Notes: generated by a model from the letters alone, not told the origin. A stretch of 64,000 bases of DNA from an uncultured Chthonomonadaceae bacterium (GCA_963835065.1 CAWIEK010000009.1:32001-96000), one strand, 5' to 3'; positions 1 to 9,561 are shown, counted from the first letter of the stretch. A program made the numbers and translations.

Positions 1-9
1 CTTTCTGCT

Positions 10-1482
10 TTGTGCGCAGTCTCGGTTCCTGCGCCGCGCAAAGGGACTGTGACGGCGCGGCTTGCGCCTGCCGCGCCCCGTATACCGGGGCAAACCTCGC
101 GCCGAAACCGGACGCGCTCAACTCCGCCCCCGCCTGCCGACGGCTGCGCCAATCAGCAGTCGCCTCTCGTGCGCGTGTGCTTGCTGCGCTATGCGGGCGC
201 GTCACAGATCGTTGTGGAAGCGCTTGCCGGAGCAAAATTGCTGGACGAAATGGGCAAAGAGCGGGCGGCGGGTATCGGCCCGTGGACGTTTACGTCAGAG
301 GGTGGCGGCATACAGGCGCGGGATGCGCGGGGTAAAAAGTTAGGCGCGATTGTGGAAGGACAGCCCTGGCGGGTGCAGACGGAGGACGGCGACGCGCAAA
401 TCGGCCTGCGCGGTTCAGGAAGCGCTATACGCCACTATCACGGCAGCATGGAAATCCGCAATGCGGGCGGGCAAATTCGCGTCATCAACGAAGTGGATAT
501 AGAATCGTATCTGTGCGGCGTGGTTATCAGCGAGATCGGCGACGGGCCACTTGAAGCCATCAAAGCGCAGGCCATTGCCGCCCGCACCTACGCCATCAGC
601 AGCCGGGGCCGCTGGAAAACCGACGGCTATGACCTGCGCGATACGGTTGACTCGCAGGCGTACAACGGCATTGAAGCGGAAACGAGCGACGGCAACCGCG
701 CTGTGCGCGAAACAGCCGGCTGGATACTGACACTAAACGGGCAGGCCATTGACGCGGATTTTTGCGACGATTGCGGCGGCGTCACGGCTCCGGGTGACGA
801 TCCCAACATCCTGCCGCGCTCCGTTTCCGATGCGGAAGCGCACCGCAACATCCGCCGTTCGCCGCATGGAACGTGGACGCTGAACCTGACGGCGGATAAA
901 TTGGGCGCGATAGCAGGCCGAAACAGCAAGGCGCGAGGAACCGGAACCCTGCTCGGCGTGGAAATCAGCGCGCGGGATGTGTCCGGGCGGGCGCAGCGCG
1001 TCCGCCTCGGATGGGGGCCAAAGACCCTATCCGGTTCCTCCCTCCCAACTACTTCCGCCAATTCCGCCGCGAGTTCCTCTACGAACGCAATGCCGCCTGA
1101 CCCCTCTGAGGGCAGCCGAACCTCCACTTCCCCGCTTGTACCGCCTTCGGCTCCCGCGCTGCCCACCGCTACGATGTTCACGGAAATCAGCGGCGACACT
1201 TTGCGCGGACTGATTGGCTACAACGTTTTGCGCAGCACCCTGTTTACGGTTCGGCGGATGCCCAACGGAGATTTTCAGTTCGACGGCAAGGGATGGGGGC
1301 ATGGGCATGGCCTGTGCCAGCAGGGCGCTCTCGCCCTCGCCGCTCCCCCGCTCAACCGCGCCGCCGCCGCCATCGTCCAGCATTACTATCCCGGCGCGCA
1401 GCTTACGCGCATGACGCAGGCGGCGGAGGAAGGGGCAGAAGAGGGAAGAGGGAAAAGGGAAAAGAAAAAAGAAAAAATATAG
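10..1482 (+). CDS. SpoIID/LytB domain protein (true start probably upstream of the window)
   Basis: Motifs INEVDIESYLCGVVISEI, EAIKAQAIAARTYA, DTVDSQAYNG, LRSTLF and GWGHGHGLCQQGA are typical of SpoIID/LytB. Confidence 0.9.
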   Translation: MCAVSVPAPRKGTVTARLAPAAPRIPGQTSRRNRTRSTPPPPADGCANQQSPLVRVCLLRYAGASQIVVEALAGAKLLDEMGKERAAGIGPWTFTSEGGGIQARDARGKKLGAIVEGQPWRVQTEDGDAQIGLRGSGSAIRHYHGSMEIRNAGGQIRVINEVDIESYLCGVVISEIGDGPLEAIKAQAIAARTYAISSRGRWKTDGYDLRDTVDSQAYNGIEAETSDGNRAVRETAGWILTLNGQAIDADFCDDCGGVTAPGDDPNILPRSVSDAEAHRNIRRSPHGTWTLNLTADKLGAIAGRNSKARGTGTLLGVEISARDVSGRAQRVRLGWGPKTLSGSSLPTTSANSAASSSTNAMPPDPSEGSRTSTSPLVPPSAPALPTATMFTEISGDTLRGLIGYNVLRSTLFTVRRMPNGDFQFDGKGWGHGHGLCQQGALALAAPPLNRAAAAIVQHYYPGAQLTRMTQAAEEGAEEGRGKREKKKEKI

Positions 1483-1525
1483 GAGGCGATATAAAGGAAC
1501 ACGAATAGAGCAAATTACCGGAAAT

Positions 1526-1568
1526 AACAACGCGCCCTGCTTTTTCTTGAAAAGCAGGGCGCGTTGTA
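1526..1568. terminator. Intrinsic terminator-like hairpin
   Basis: acaacgcgccctgctttt / aaaagcagggcgcgttgt perfect inverted repeat downstream of the SpoIID gene. Confidence 0.7.
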
Positions 1569-1810
1569 TAACACACCGGTACACTGCGGCATAGATTCGC
1601 CAGAAGTTCTTTCGTCCGCAGGACGATTGACCGAAGGCCTAATAACCGCCAACGAGATTTAGATGGTATATACCGGTTCCTACCAGCATATTTACACCAT
1701 GGCGTACCAGACGCGGCGCGATACAGGAAGCCACAACAAAGTTAGGCCAGGATAATGTAAGGTGTGCCTGGCATCTTGATATACACAAACAAAAATGGCA
1801 CACGGCGCGT

Positions 1811-2119
1811 TTACTGGTGACGATGCGGCACAAGCGCGCATTGCCGCCACATAGCCCGCCACTCCAGAAGCGTTGCTTCCAGCGCTTGTTCCGGCGACTC
1901 GCCAATGGAACGTCGCTTGTGATACTCCTCAAACGCAAGCGCGTAGCCGGGCAGCAACATTTCCGCATCTTCATCGGTGATGGTGAAGCCGGACGCATCG
2001 CAACAGACAGCTGGCGCGCAGGCAGTTTTGTTATGTTCGCTGTCAATGATTGAAGCGACGACAGGACGAACCGCAGTTTTGTATATCTCATTCATCATGG
2101 TTTGATACTTGCTTTCCAC
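1811..2119 (-). CDS. Hypothetical protein (~100 aa)
   Basis: Protein-like composition; sits between two terminators; no family recognised. Confidence 0.5.
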   Translation of the reverse strand: MESKYQTMMNEIYKTAVRPVVASIIDSEHNKTACAPAVCCDASGFTITDEDAEMLLPGYALAFEEYHKRRSIGESPEQALEATLLEWRAMWRQCALVPHRHQ

Positions 2120-2326
2120 TCATCCCAGAGTGAACGACATCAAGGTCATTGGAGGCAAGCGGGAACCAACGCGCTTGTGGCGCGTTGTTATAAGCAGACG
2201 ATAGACACTGGCGAATGTTCCCGGAATAGAATTAGGAAGAGGCAACCCCCGCAAGTTCACTGGAAGAGCGGAGTTTTCGATGCAACTGATGTTAGTATAG
2301 CCACTTTTTCAATGAAAAACAAGGCT

Positions 2327-2369
2327 AAAAAGTGGCAATTTCCTGAAAACTCAGGAAATTGCCACTTTC
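2327..2369. terminator. Bidirectional intrinsic terminator
   Basis: aaaagtggcaatttcctga / tcaggaaattgccactttt perfect stem downstream of the S53 gene. Confidence 0.8.
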
Positions 2370-2415
2370 TGCCATAAATAGGGGCGCGGAACGACTGCCG
2401 CTCCTTCGCCAGGGG

Positions 2416-4788
2416 CTACTGCGCGTTCAGCGCGAAGTCATCCACCAGGAATGAGGTTGCGAGGGAACTATCTTCCACACCCACCAGATAGACCTGCACC
2501 GTTTGCCCCTTGTAAGCCGACAAGTCAAACGTTTTTTGGGTGTACGCGCTGCCTTTGTTCAGGTTGGAGTAGGTTGCGAGGGTGGTTAAAACCGCGCCGC
2601 TGCTGTTACGCACCTGCACTTTGAGCGTGTCGTAGGCCGATGTAGTTGTAGTTTCCTTGGTGGTGACGAGCAGCCAGAAGGTCAGTGTCGCGCTCGTAAC
2701 GGTGGAAGGAATAGTTACCGTCTGGTACACCGTATCGGTGTGCGCCGAGCCATAACCATCCATCCAGGCTTTCCAACTGCCGCTGTGGGCGGGAGCGCCG
2801 GTGGAACTGTCAATCACGCCCGAAGTCGTCGTCCACGAACCGTCGGCTCCACTTTCAAAGCCGGGATTTTTCAGCAGTTGCGTGGGGGTTCCGCCGCCGC
2901 CGCCACCGCCACCGCTTACCGTGCCACCGGCAAGGTCGGTCAGCAGGTTCGCGCCGTTGTTGATGGTTCCCAGCCCGGTTGCCGCGTCGTAGCCGGAAAC
3001 TGCCGGGTAGTACAGGTTGGTGCTGCCGTCGGCGATGTCATGGAACTCTGTGGTGTAGTTGCTGCCTTTGCCAATGGTGTATAAAGGCGGGTTGGCGAAA
3101 CCTAACACGCCTTTGCCGGCGCTGACGCGCTGCTGATTGACCAGCGCGATAAACGCCGACCAGAGCGGAGCGGCGCAGCTTGTGCCGCCATAAATGTTCC
3201 ATTTGCCGCCAACGTAAATGGCATAGCCGCTGTTCGGGTCGGCGTCGAGAGAAACGTCGGGCACGTTGCGGTACGTGGTGGAGGTTTTCGCGGCGGTAGA
3301 GCCGAAGCCGACTTGATACGATGGAATAGTCCAGACCGTGCTGATGCCGCCACCCCCACCGCCATTGGCAATGCTGCCGCCGTTCCAGGTGGTTTCCGAA
3401 CTCCATGCGCCGCCTGCGCCACTGGTGGTCAGTTTGGTTCCGCCAACGCCCGTCATGTAGGGCTGCGAAGCCGGGTCGTCCACACTCAGCGAGGAGCCGT
3501 TGTCATACGCGCCGCTGTCGCCCGCGGCGGCAAAGATGCTCTGCCCCTGCGCGGCCATCTGCTGAAAAGCGTTGTTTTCGCTGGTGCGCGCGCTGGAACT
3601 GTTGCCGCTTTCGTACAATCCCCAACTGGTGCTGACGCTTTTGGCAAGGTTGTCCGTAGCGATGCGGTTGTACGTATCCACGACGCCCGCATTAGAATTC
3701 GGTCCCTCGTACACGTAAATCTTGGACGCGCCCGGGGCAAGGGCGATTTGCAGTTCGATGTCGAGCGTCACTTCGCCCGCGCCGCTGCCCGCCGCGCCCG
3801 TAGCGCTATCTACCAGCACATTTTGCAGGGACACGCTGGGCAGGCCGAAGTTGCCTTCGTAGGCCGTAATATCGCTGGCCTTGTAGCCGTCGAGTTCAAA
3901 CAAGCCCAGGGTTTGCCCCGTGCCGGTTTGCGTCACGCCGCTCAGTCCGTAGGCTTTCTTGATGTCATTCGGCGCTAATCCCCCGCCTGGCCCGGAACCT
4001 GTTAGGCGAGGGTCTGCTCCCCCGCCCGTACCCGGACTATCGCCTAGCGGAACCAGCGGATTGGCGGGTGGATTAAGAAAAGCAAGCGGGTCCATCGGCT
4101 TCAAGCGGTTGTGCGGCTGCCAGACGGCGGCGGTATCCAATCCGACGACGCTTTGCAACTTGCCGGCAAGACCGGCGGGAATCACAGGGTCGGCGTCCGG
4201 CGCGCGGAACACGCGCCCGGTGGGTAACCGGTACTGCTTCAAGCGCAGGCCGAAGGCGGCTTCCACGTTTTGCGCCGGGGCAGCCACATCCAGGATCAGG
4301 CGGTTGGGATGGGTCGCCGTTACGGTCAGGCCCTGCGCCTGCGCGAAGGCGGCAACCGCGTTGTAATCGGCCTGCGTGGGCGCGAACTGCGCGTTGAATT
4401 GTTCGGGCGTCAGATATTTGCCGTACAGGGGATCGTTGGGATCGTACAGGCGCGTCAGCAGATCGGTGAGCGCGGCTTGATTGCGCAGGGGCAGGGCGAG
4501 GGCGAGATTGACGGTTTCCGCAGGCTGGACGCGGCCAATCAAATTGGCGCTTTGCACCACGTCGGGAATATGGCCGCGCAGGTGTACCGCGCCGGTTTGC
4601 GCGCCGGCGGACAGAGAAAGTGTGGCAAGGCCACAAAAAGCGGATAGGGAAGCTAGAACACGCGAAGCCGAAACCAACCGCGAACCGGCGCGGCGAAAAA
4701 AGCGACCAGAGCAGCGTTGTTTCAAATCCAAACTCCTATGGCCGGACCTTGCCCGGCGGGGGTCACGCGAAGAAGGCTTGGGATGCAT
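2416..4788 (-). CDS. S53 family (sedolisin/kumamolisin-like) serine peptidase with prodomain and C-terminal beta-sandwich domain
   Basis: Prodomain (YGKYLTPEQFNAQFAP), catalytic EVTLDIE, AAAGDSG, RNVPDVS, GGTSCAAP, GYDAATGLGT; signal-like segment; start uncertain. Confidence 0.92.
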   Translation of the reverse strand: MHPKPSSRDPRRARSGHRSLDLKQRCSGRFFRRAGSRLVSASRVLASLSAFCGLATLSLSAGAQTGAVHLRGHIPDVVQSANLIGRVQPAETVNLALALPLRNQAALTDLLTRLYDPNDPLYGKYLTPEQFNAQFAPTQADYNAVAAFAQAQGLTVTATHPNRLILDVAAPAQNVEAAFGLRLKQYRLPTGRVFRAPDADPVIPAGLAGKLQSVVGLDTAAVWQPHNRLKPMDPLAFLNPPANPLVPLGDSPGTGGGADPRLTGSGPGGGLAPNDIKKAYGLSGVTQTGTGQTLGLFELDGYKASDITAYEGNFGLPSVSLQNVLVDSATGAAGSGAGEVTLDIELQIALAPGASKIYVYEGPNSNAGVVDTYNRIATDNLAKSVSTSWGLYESGNSSSARTSENNAFQQMAAQGQSIFAAAGDSGAYDNGSSLSVDDPASQPYMTGVGGTKLTTSGAGGAWSSETTWNGGSIANGGGGGGISTVWTIPSYQVGFGSTAAKTSTTYRNVPDVSLDADPNSGYAIYVGGKWNIYGGTSCAAPLWSAFIALVNQQRVSAGKGVLGFANPPLYTIGKGSNYTTEFHDIADGSTNLYYPAVSGYDAATGLGTINNGANLLTDLAGGTVSGGGGGGGGTPTQLLKNPGFESGADGSWTTTSGVIDSSTGAPAHSGSWKAWMDGYGSAHTDTVYQTVTIPSTVTSATLTFWLLVTTKETTTTSAYDTLKVQVRNSSGAVLTTLATYSNLNKGSAYTQKTFDLSAYKGQTVQVYLVGVEDSSLATSFLVDDFALNAQ

Positions 4789-4993
4789 CGTTGCGGAAGA
4801 AACTCTTGCGCGCGAATGTCGGTCAGAAAAGTACAGGGGTATTGTACAGGGTACTTATGAGAATAGCCAGTATATTTACCAAAAATACAGGTGTAAACTG
4901 CTATTTTTTACAATTTTACGGATACGCAGACGCAGGTAGCTTGAAGACGGCAAGCCAATGCAAGTTCGTTGGGAATTTACATCGGCGGCGGTA

Positions 4994-5022
4994 TTGACAA
5001 TTTCGGCAACAAGGCTTATAAT
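4994..5022 (+). promoter_or_regulatory. Consensus sigma70 promoter (putative antitoxin/antisense RNA promoter)
   Basis: TTGACA 4994-4999, 17-nt spacer, TATAAT 5017-5022; no credible + strand CDS follows. Confidence 0.85.
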
Positions 5023-5074
5023 AGAAACATCCCTGCCGAGGATGTGAAGTCCCCGACAGGAAACAGCCTAAGCT

Positions 5075-5206
5075 CTAAAGCAGATTAGAGCATCGGCGCT
5101 GGCGTTTTCGCCGTTGTCGCTTTATCCAGCGGCACAGCAAGACAATTGCCGTGCTGAGGGTGACGACGTTGGCGGCTACAGCCAGCCAGAACAGGAAGCT
5201 TGTCAT
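5075..5206 (-). CDS. Small membrane peptide, putative type I toxin: MTSFLFWLAVAANVVTLSTAIVLLCRWIKRQRRKRQRRCSNLL
   Basis: Hand-translated 43-aa ORF; SD GAAAGGAG 6 nt before the ATG; ~21-aa hydrophobic helix followed by an Arg/Lys-rich tail; TACAAT -10 box at 5302-5307 on -. Confidence 0.75.
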   Translation of the reverse strand: MTSFLFWLAVAANVVTLSTAIVLLCRWIKRQRRKRQRRCSNLL

Positions 5207-5317
5207 CAGCTTCTCCTTTCTGCGAGAAAATTAGCGTTGGCGCGCTGATTCCTCGAGTTTGTTTTGGGAGTGTGGCGCGCTAACGCTGCACTCCCGCACT
5301 CATTGTACCCACACAAG

Positions 5318-5366
5318 CAAAGCGTTCCGCCTCCCCATGAAGGAGAAGCGGAACGCTTTGTTGTTT
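5318..5366. terminator. Bidirectional terminator hairpin
   Basis: caaagcgttccgc / gcggaacgctttg stem just after the CrtP-like stop. Confidence 0.75.
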
Positions 5367-5392
5367 ATACTCTACGCAAATGATAGCAAACT

Positions 5393-6943
5393 TTATCCGC
5401 GCGCTGTTCCCGCCAGTTCCGGGCGGCTGACGGGCGCTTTGTCGTCGCGCCCATAATCTTCCAGAACGCAGTTGGCAGCGATTTGCCCGGACATCAAGAC
5501 CATCGGGACGCCGGGGCCGGGATTGACGCTGCCGCCCGCCCAATACAAGCCTTTGATGAGGTCGCTGCGGTTGGACATTTTGAAGGCGGAATTCAGGCCG
5601 CGCTGCGTGACCACGCCGTAAATCGCGCCCCGGTTCACCCAGTACATCTTCTCCAAATCGCGCGGCGTAACCGTCCGCGACACCTGAATACTGTCGCGCA
5701 GGCCGGTCAGACCGCTCCGCTCCAGCTTGCTGATAATCACCTCCCGATAGCGAACGGCTTCTTTGTCCCAATCGAAAGCGTCCGTCAGATAGGGGCAATG
5801 CACCAGAACATACAGGGCAGTGCAGCCGGGCGGAGCCATCTGCGGGTCGGTGAGGGATGGCACGGCGAGATAGCAGGTCGGGTCTTCGTGCGGAATCTTG
5901 CGTTCGTACAGGTCGCGGAACTCCTCGTCGCTGTCGGCGGAAAAATAAAAGTCGTGGTGCTTCAATTGCGGCCAGGTTTTGTTGCAGCCCAGGTAAAGCA
6001 CGATGCCGGAACACGCCGGTTCCAGTTGCTTTTCGTGCTTTTGCGCATACGCTTTCGTATCTACGCCGGTAAGCATTTGTTCCAGTGTGCGTACAATATC
6101 GGAATTGGCGACCACCACATCAAACGTTTCCAGGTCGCCGTTTTCCGGCACAATGCCCCGGACGCTTCCGCCTGCGGTTTCGATACGCGCAATCGGTGTA
6201 TTCAGGCGTACATCCACGCCCAACTCGTCGCATAAGCGAGTCAGGGCGCGGGCGATTTCTCCTGTGCCACCCATAGGATACCAGCAGCCGAGCGCAAGCT
6301 GCACCCAAGCGATCAGGCACAAAATGGCAGGCGCGACAAACGGCGACGAGCCGACGTATTGCACGAAATGCTCGAACAATTGCGCCAGGCGCGGGTCTTT
6401 GAAATGCTTGCGCACGGCCTGGTGCATCGTGGAAAGCGGGTCCATATTCATAGCGATCCCTAATGATTGAATGTTCATCGGGTTCGCTCGCGCCATTTCC
6501 ATGATGCTGCCATACGGTTTCCAGTAAAACCAGCGATCCGACACGTCGTTCATTTTCTGGCTGTACGCGAGAAATTGAAGGTAATTGGAAATCTCGGCTG
6601 GCGCAAACCGCTGAAGTTCGGCGATCATATCCTGCAATGACGTGTACAAATCAAAGCGGCTGCCATCCGCGAAAAACGCGCGCCACTGTGGATCAAGCGA
6701 CACCAAATCCAGATAATCCTCGCGCCTGCGCCCCACATCGGAAAACAAGCGATCCAGAACGTCGGGTTTGGTGATGATGGTCGGCCCCATATCGAAATAG
6801 TAGCCGCCTTCTTCCCAAACGTTCATTTTGCCGCCCAAATGCGCGTTCTTTTCAAACAGCGTGACGGCATGGCCCGCGTGTGCCAGCCGAACCGCTGCCG
6901 CGCACCCTGCCAATCCCCCGCCTACTACGGCTATCTTTGCCAT
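5393..6943 (-). CDS. Phytoene desaturase family oxidoreductase, CrtP/CrtNb-like (diapolycopene oxygenase)
   Basis: GGGLAG FAD motif, FDMGPT, EPACSGIVLYLG..PQLKHHDF, NRGAIYGVV, GGSVNPGPGVPMVLMSG. Confidence 0.85.
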   Translation of the reverse strand: MAKIAVVGGGLAGCAAAVRLAHAGHAVTLFEKNAHLGGKMNVWEEGGYYFDMGPTIITKPDVLDRLFSDVGRRREDYLDLVSLDPQWRAFFADGSRFDLYTSLQDMIAELQRFAPAEISNYLQFLAYSQKMNDVSDRWFYWKPYGSIMEMARANPMNIQSLGIAMNMDPLSTMHQAVRKHFKDPRLAQLFEHFVQYVGSSPFVAPAILCLIAWVQLALGCWYPMGGTGEIARALTRLCDELGVDVRLNTPIARIETAGGSVRGIVPENGDLETFDVVVANSDIVRTLEQMLTGVDTKAYAQKHEKQLEPACSGIVLYLGCNKTWPQLKHHDFYFSADSDEEFRDLYERKIPHEDPTCYLAVPSLTDPQMAPPGCTALYVLVHCPYLTDAFDWDKEAVRYREVIISKLERSGLTGLRDSIQVSRTVTPRDLEKMYWVNRGAIYGVVTQRGLNSAFKMSNRSDLIKGLYWAGGSVNPGPGVPMVLMSGQIAANCVLEDYGRDDKAPVSRPELAGTARG

Positions 6944-7048
6944 GATAATTCTGCTTCTCCCCGAAAAACCAACTTACAAAAAGCCAATTTTATGACCTTC
7001 GGCTACTCGTCCTGCGGACGGAATTCTCTGATAATTTTATGCTTGCTG

Positions 7049-7651
7049 TTAAGGCTCAGGATTGAAGTACCAGCCCGAATCGAAAATTCGCGGACCTTCT
7101 TGCTCCAATCGGTCATTGGAAGCCTTGAAAAAGGAAAGAAAACTATCCGCAACGTAGTACATCATGTCCGGGTCGTGCTGATAGACGATGATTTGTCCCG
7201 TTTTGCCCTGTGGTGTCGGGGCAGCATCAACATACAGCGCCGCGTTCCAACCGCCCCACTCCGCAAAGGGAAACCAGTGCCGGTGCGAAAGCAGGCCGGG
7301 CTGGATGCGCGCGTCCCATTCGCCTGCATATTCATCCGGCTCAAGGTCGGGAATGGCATCGGTATCTGCGGAGTAGGGGCCGTGTACGTTGTACAACTCC
7401 TGTGCCTCTTCCACGCTCATTAAGGAGAACGGCGTCTCCTCATCCGTATCTGCAAGAAACCAGAGTTGACCGGGAGAGCCGTTGCAGACCTGCCACAATC
7501 CGCGCAAATCCTCATCCAGTGGGATACCAGTTTGCGCCATCACTCGTTCAAGAACATCGGATGTAACCGGTGGGGCAAGCGTCAAGGGATGCCCGGCTGC
7601 CCGGCTAAACGCGAGCAGTCGGTCAAGTTGCGCCTGTAGTTCTGCTCTCAT
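7049..7651 (-). CDS. SMI1/KNR4 family protein
   Basis: GIPLDEDLRGLWQVCNG, WFPFAEWGG, YVDAAPTPQGKTGQII, VADSFLSFF. Confidence 0.8.
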   Translation of the reverse strand: MRAELQAQLDRLLAFSRAAGHPLTLAPPVTSDVLERVMAQTGIPLDEDLRGLWQVCNGSPGQLWFLADTDEETPFSLMSVEEAQELYNVHGPYSADTDAIPDLEPDEYAGEWDARIQPGLLSHRHWFPFAEWGGWNAALYVDAAPTPQGKTGQIIVYQHDPDMMYYVADSFLSFFKASNDRLEQEGPRIFDSGWYFNPEP

Positions 7652-7665
7652 ACAAACGGCCCCTC

Positions 7666-9228
7666 TTATTTTGCGTGTTTGTTCCAGTGACGAACGGCAT
7701 CGGTCAGTTGGCGAACAGCCTGCATTTTCGCTTTTACGCCTCGCGCCGATTTCAGGGCGAGAAAGCCACGCAAAATGGGCATGGTGGCGTCGTAATAGGG
7801 AAATACATGCCGCTGCGCTCCTGCCTTAGATTGCCAGCAGACGGTTTTCCAGTGTACAAATTCGTCCAGGCCCGCTTCGCCGCGCTGCTGTCCCCAGCCG
7901 CTTGCGCCCGTGCCACCGAAGGGCAAGCCGGGCCGCGTACCCGTCATCAATGTTTCCGAATTGATTGTAACTACGCCTGCCTTCAACCGCGCCGCTATAT
8001 CCCTACCCCGGCTCACATCCCGCGTCCACACGCTTGCGCCCAATCCCATCGGGTTCGCGTTCGCAAGGGCAATTGCTTCGTCAGTATCACGCGCCGAGCG
8101 GACGCACAAAACCGGGCCGAAGAAATCTTCGCGCATAATCGGCATTTCATCGCGGCAATCGGCAAGCAGGGTCGGGGTATAGAAAAAGCCGTTCGCAAAT
8201 TCTTCCCCATCCAAACAATCGCCGCCTGTTACCACTCTTGCCCCACGCTGAACCGCATCCACTGCCAGCCCGTGTGCCCGCTTCCGAAACCCGTCCGTTC
8301 GCACAGGCCCGTAATCCACGCCCGCCCGCAAGCCCTTCAACGCAGCTTCGCAGGCATCGAGAAAAGCCGGGTACGCGGAGGCTTCCACATAAACGCGCTG
8401 CGGCGATACGCAGCTTTGCCCCGCGTTGCAAACGCGCGCCCAAACTGCCGCTTTCGCCGTTGCGTTTAACTCCGCGTCCGCGCAGACAATCAGGGCGTCG
8501 TTGCCACTGAGTTCCATCACGCTCGGAATACCGCGCGGGGCAAGCTGCGCCAGTATCGCTCGCCCGGTGGCAACGCTGCCCGTAAACGCCAGTTTATCAA
8601 TATACGAGCCGGCGTTTTCTTCATCGGAGTTGGCGTCTGCTTGAAGCGGATTGCACAATGCCTGCCCCGTACCGCCATCTCCCGTTACCAACGTAACAGG
8701 CAAACCGGCGCGTTCCAAATGGGCATACAGCGCCACAGCGGAAGCCGTTGCCAGTTCCGAAGGCTTCCACACGACTGCATTTCCGCCCGCAAGCGCCCAG
8801 GCCAGCGTCGCGCCGTCCAGCAGCAGGGGATAATTCCACGTGCCGATGACGCCCACAACGCCAACCGGCATCGGCAGCAATTGCGCCCGCTTTTCCCCCG
8901 CAACCGTTCGCGGCTTCAGCAGACCCGGCAAACGCGCCATCAGCCAATCCAGCCCGCCAATCAACGCCAGCACATCGGCGGCATACGCTTCTTGCAGCGG
9001 CTTGCCAATCTCCTCCGCCACCACCAGCGCCAGCGCGTCCGCATCCCCGGCAATGCTGTCGCGCAGACGCCGCAGCGCCCCTACCCGCTCACCAACCGCC
9101 ATTGCGCCCCACGCGCCTTGCCGCTCCCGCGCCCGTTTCACCGCACAGGCCACCTCTGCCGCCGAGGATATGGGAAAGGTCCCAATCCGCGCGCCGTTTC
9201 TGGGATTGTACGAGCCAAAAGAGGTCAT
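7666..9228 (-). CDS. Aldehyde dehydrogenase (likely carotenoid-aldehyde dehydrogenase, AldH-like)
   Basis: WNYP, KPSE, FTGSVATG, MELSGND, NAGQSC, EDFFGP, PFGG; start moved to ATG 9228 because the upstream extension is repeat DNA. Confidence 0.92.
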   Translation of the reverse strand: MTSFGSYNPRNGARIGTFPISSAAEVACAVKRARERQGAWGAMAVGERVGALRRLRDSIAGDADALALVVAEEIGKPLQEAYAADVLALIGGLDWLMARLPGLLKPRTVAGEKRAQLLPMPVGVVGVIGTWNYPLLLDGATLAWALAGGNAVVWKPSELATASAVALYAHLERAGLPVTLVTGDGGTGQALCNPLQADANSDEENAGSYIDKLAFTGSVATGRAILAQLAPRGIPSVMELSGNDALIVCADAELNATAKAAVWARVCNAGQSCVSPQRVYVEASAYPAFLDACEAALKGLRAGVDYGPVRTDGFRKRAHGLAVDAVQRGARVVTGGDCLDGEEFANGFFYTPTLLADCRDEMPIMREDFFGPVLCVRSARDTDEAIALANANPMGLGASVWTRDVSRGRDIAARLKAGVVTINSETLMTGTRPGLPFGGTGASGWGQQRGEAGLDEFVHWKTVCWQSKAGAQRHVFPYYDATMPILRGFLALKSARGVKAKMQAVRQLTDAVRHWNKHAK

Positions 9229-9240
9229 CAGAAAATTAAC

Positions 9241-9552
9241 CACCCGCCTGCGGCTAGAGACACAGAGGCACAGAGGAAAAACCAATGCGAGAAAAAAGAA
9301 GAGAACCGCGAAACATGCGAACCAAGACGAAAAAAGGAAAATACAAAAGCCCAAACCACGGATGAAACGGATAAAACAGATGGACACGGATAAGAATAGC
9401 AGAGAATTAGTCCTTCTCGTGTGTAATCCTGTCTATTCCCCTTCGTTCTTTTTTCGTTTATTTCGTGGGTTTCGCGGTTTCTATCTCTCTCCTTTTCTTC
9501 TCTTCCTCTGTGTTCCCTCTCTGTGTCTCTGTGCCTCTAGCGCAGCGGGTGG
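9241..9552. repeat. Nested palindromic intergenic repeat cluster (acacagagg 9-mer arms with inner IR pairs)
   Basis: cacccgc..ctagagacacagaggcacagagg versus ctctgtgtctctgtgcctctagcgcagcgggtg; inner aaccgcgaaac / gtttcgcggtt; same family at 55070-55110 and 57811-57978. Confidence 0.8.
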
Positions 9553-9561
9553 TGAATACTC

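Larger units (their letters stand above)
5029..5366 (+). ncRNA. Putative structured antisense RNA (type I antitoxin candidate; 3' end uncertain)
   Basis: Starts after a perfect promoter; 5' hairpin 5032-5060, further stems (5072-5091, 5098-5186); antisense to the 43-aa peptide ORF. Confidence 0.6.

Noticed and set aside
1639..2091. 150-aa Cys-rich - strand ORF
   Set aside because: Alternative frame overlapping the more protein-like 1811-2119 ORF
5029..5366. tmRNA, RNase P, SRP, 6S or a riboswitch
   Set aside because: No recognisable conserved motifs of those RNAs and no downstream + strand gene to regulate; the antisense peptide ORF explains the locus better
5259..5456. 65-aa + strand ORF from the track
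   Set aside because: Crosses the terminator and overlaps the CrtP-like gene; no RBS; not protein-like
9229..9387. Hydrophobic N-terminal extension of the aldehyde dehydrogenase
   Set aside because: It is the translation of intergenic repeat DNA; the domain begins at ATG 9228
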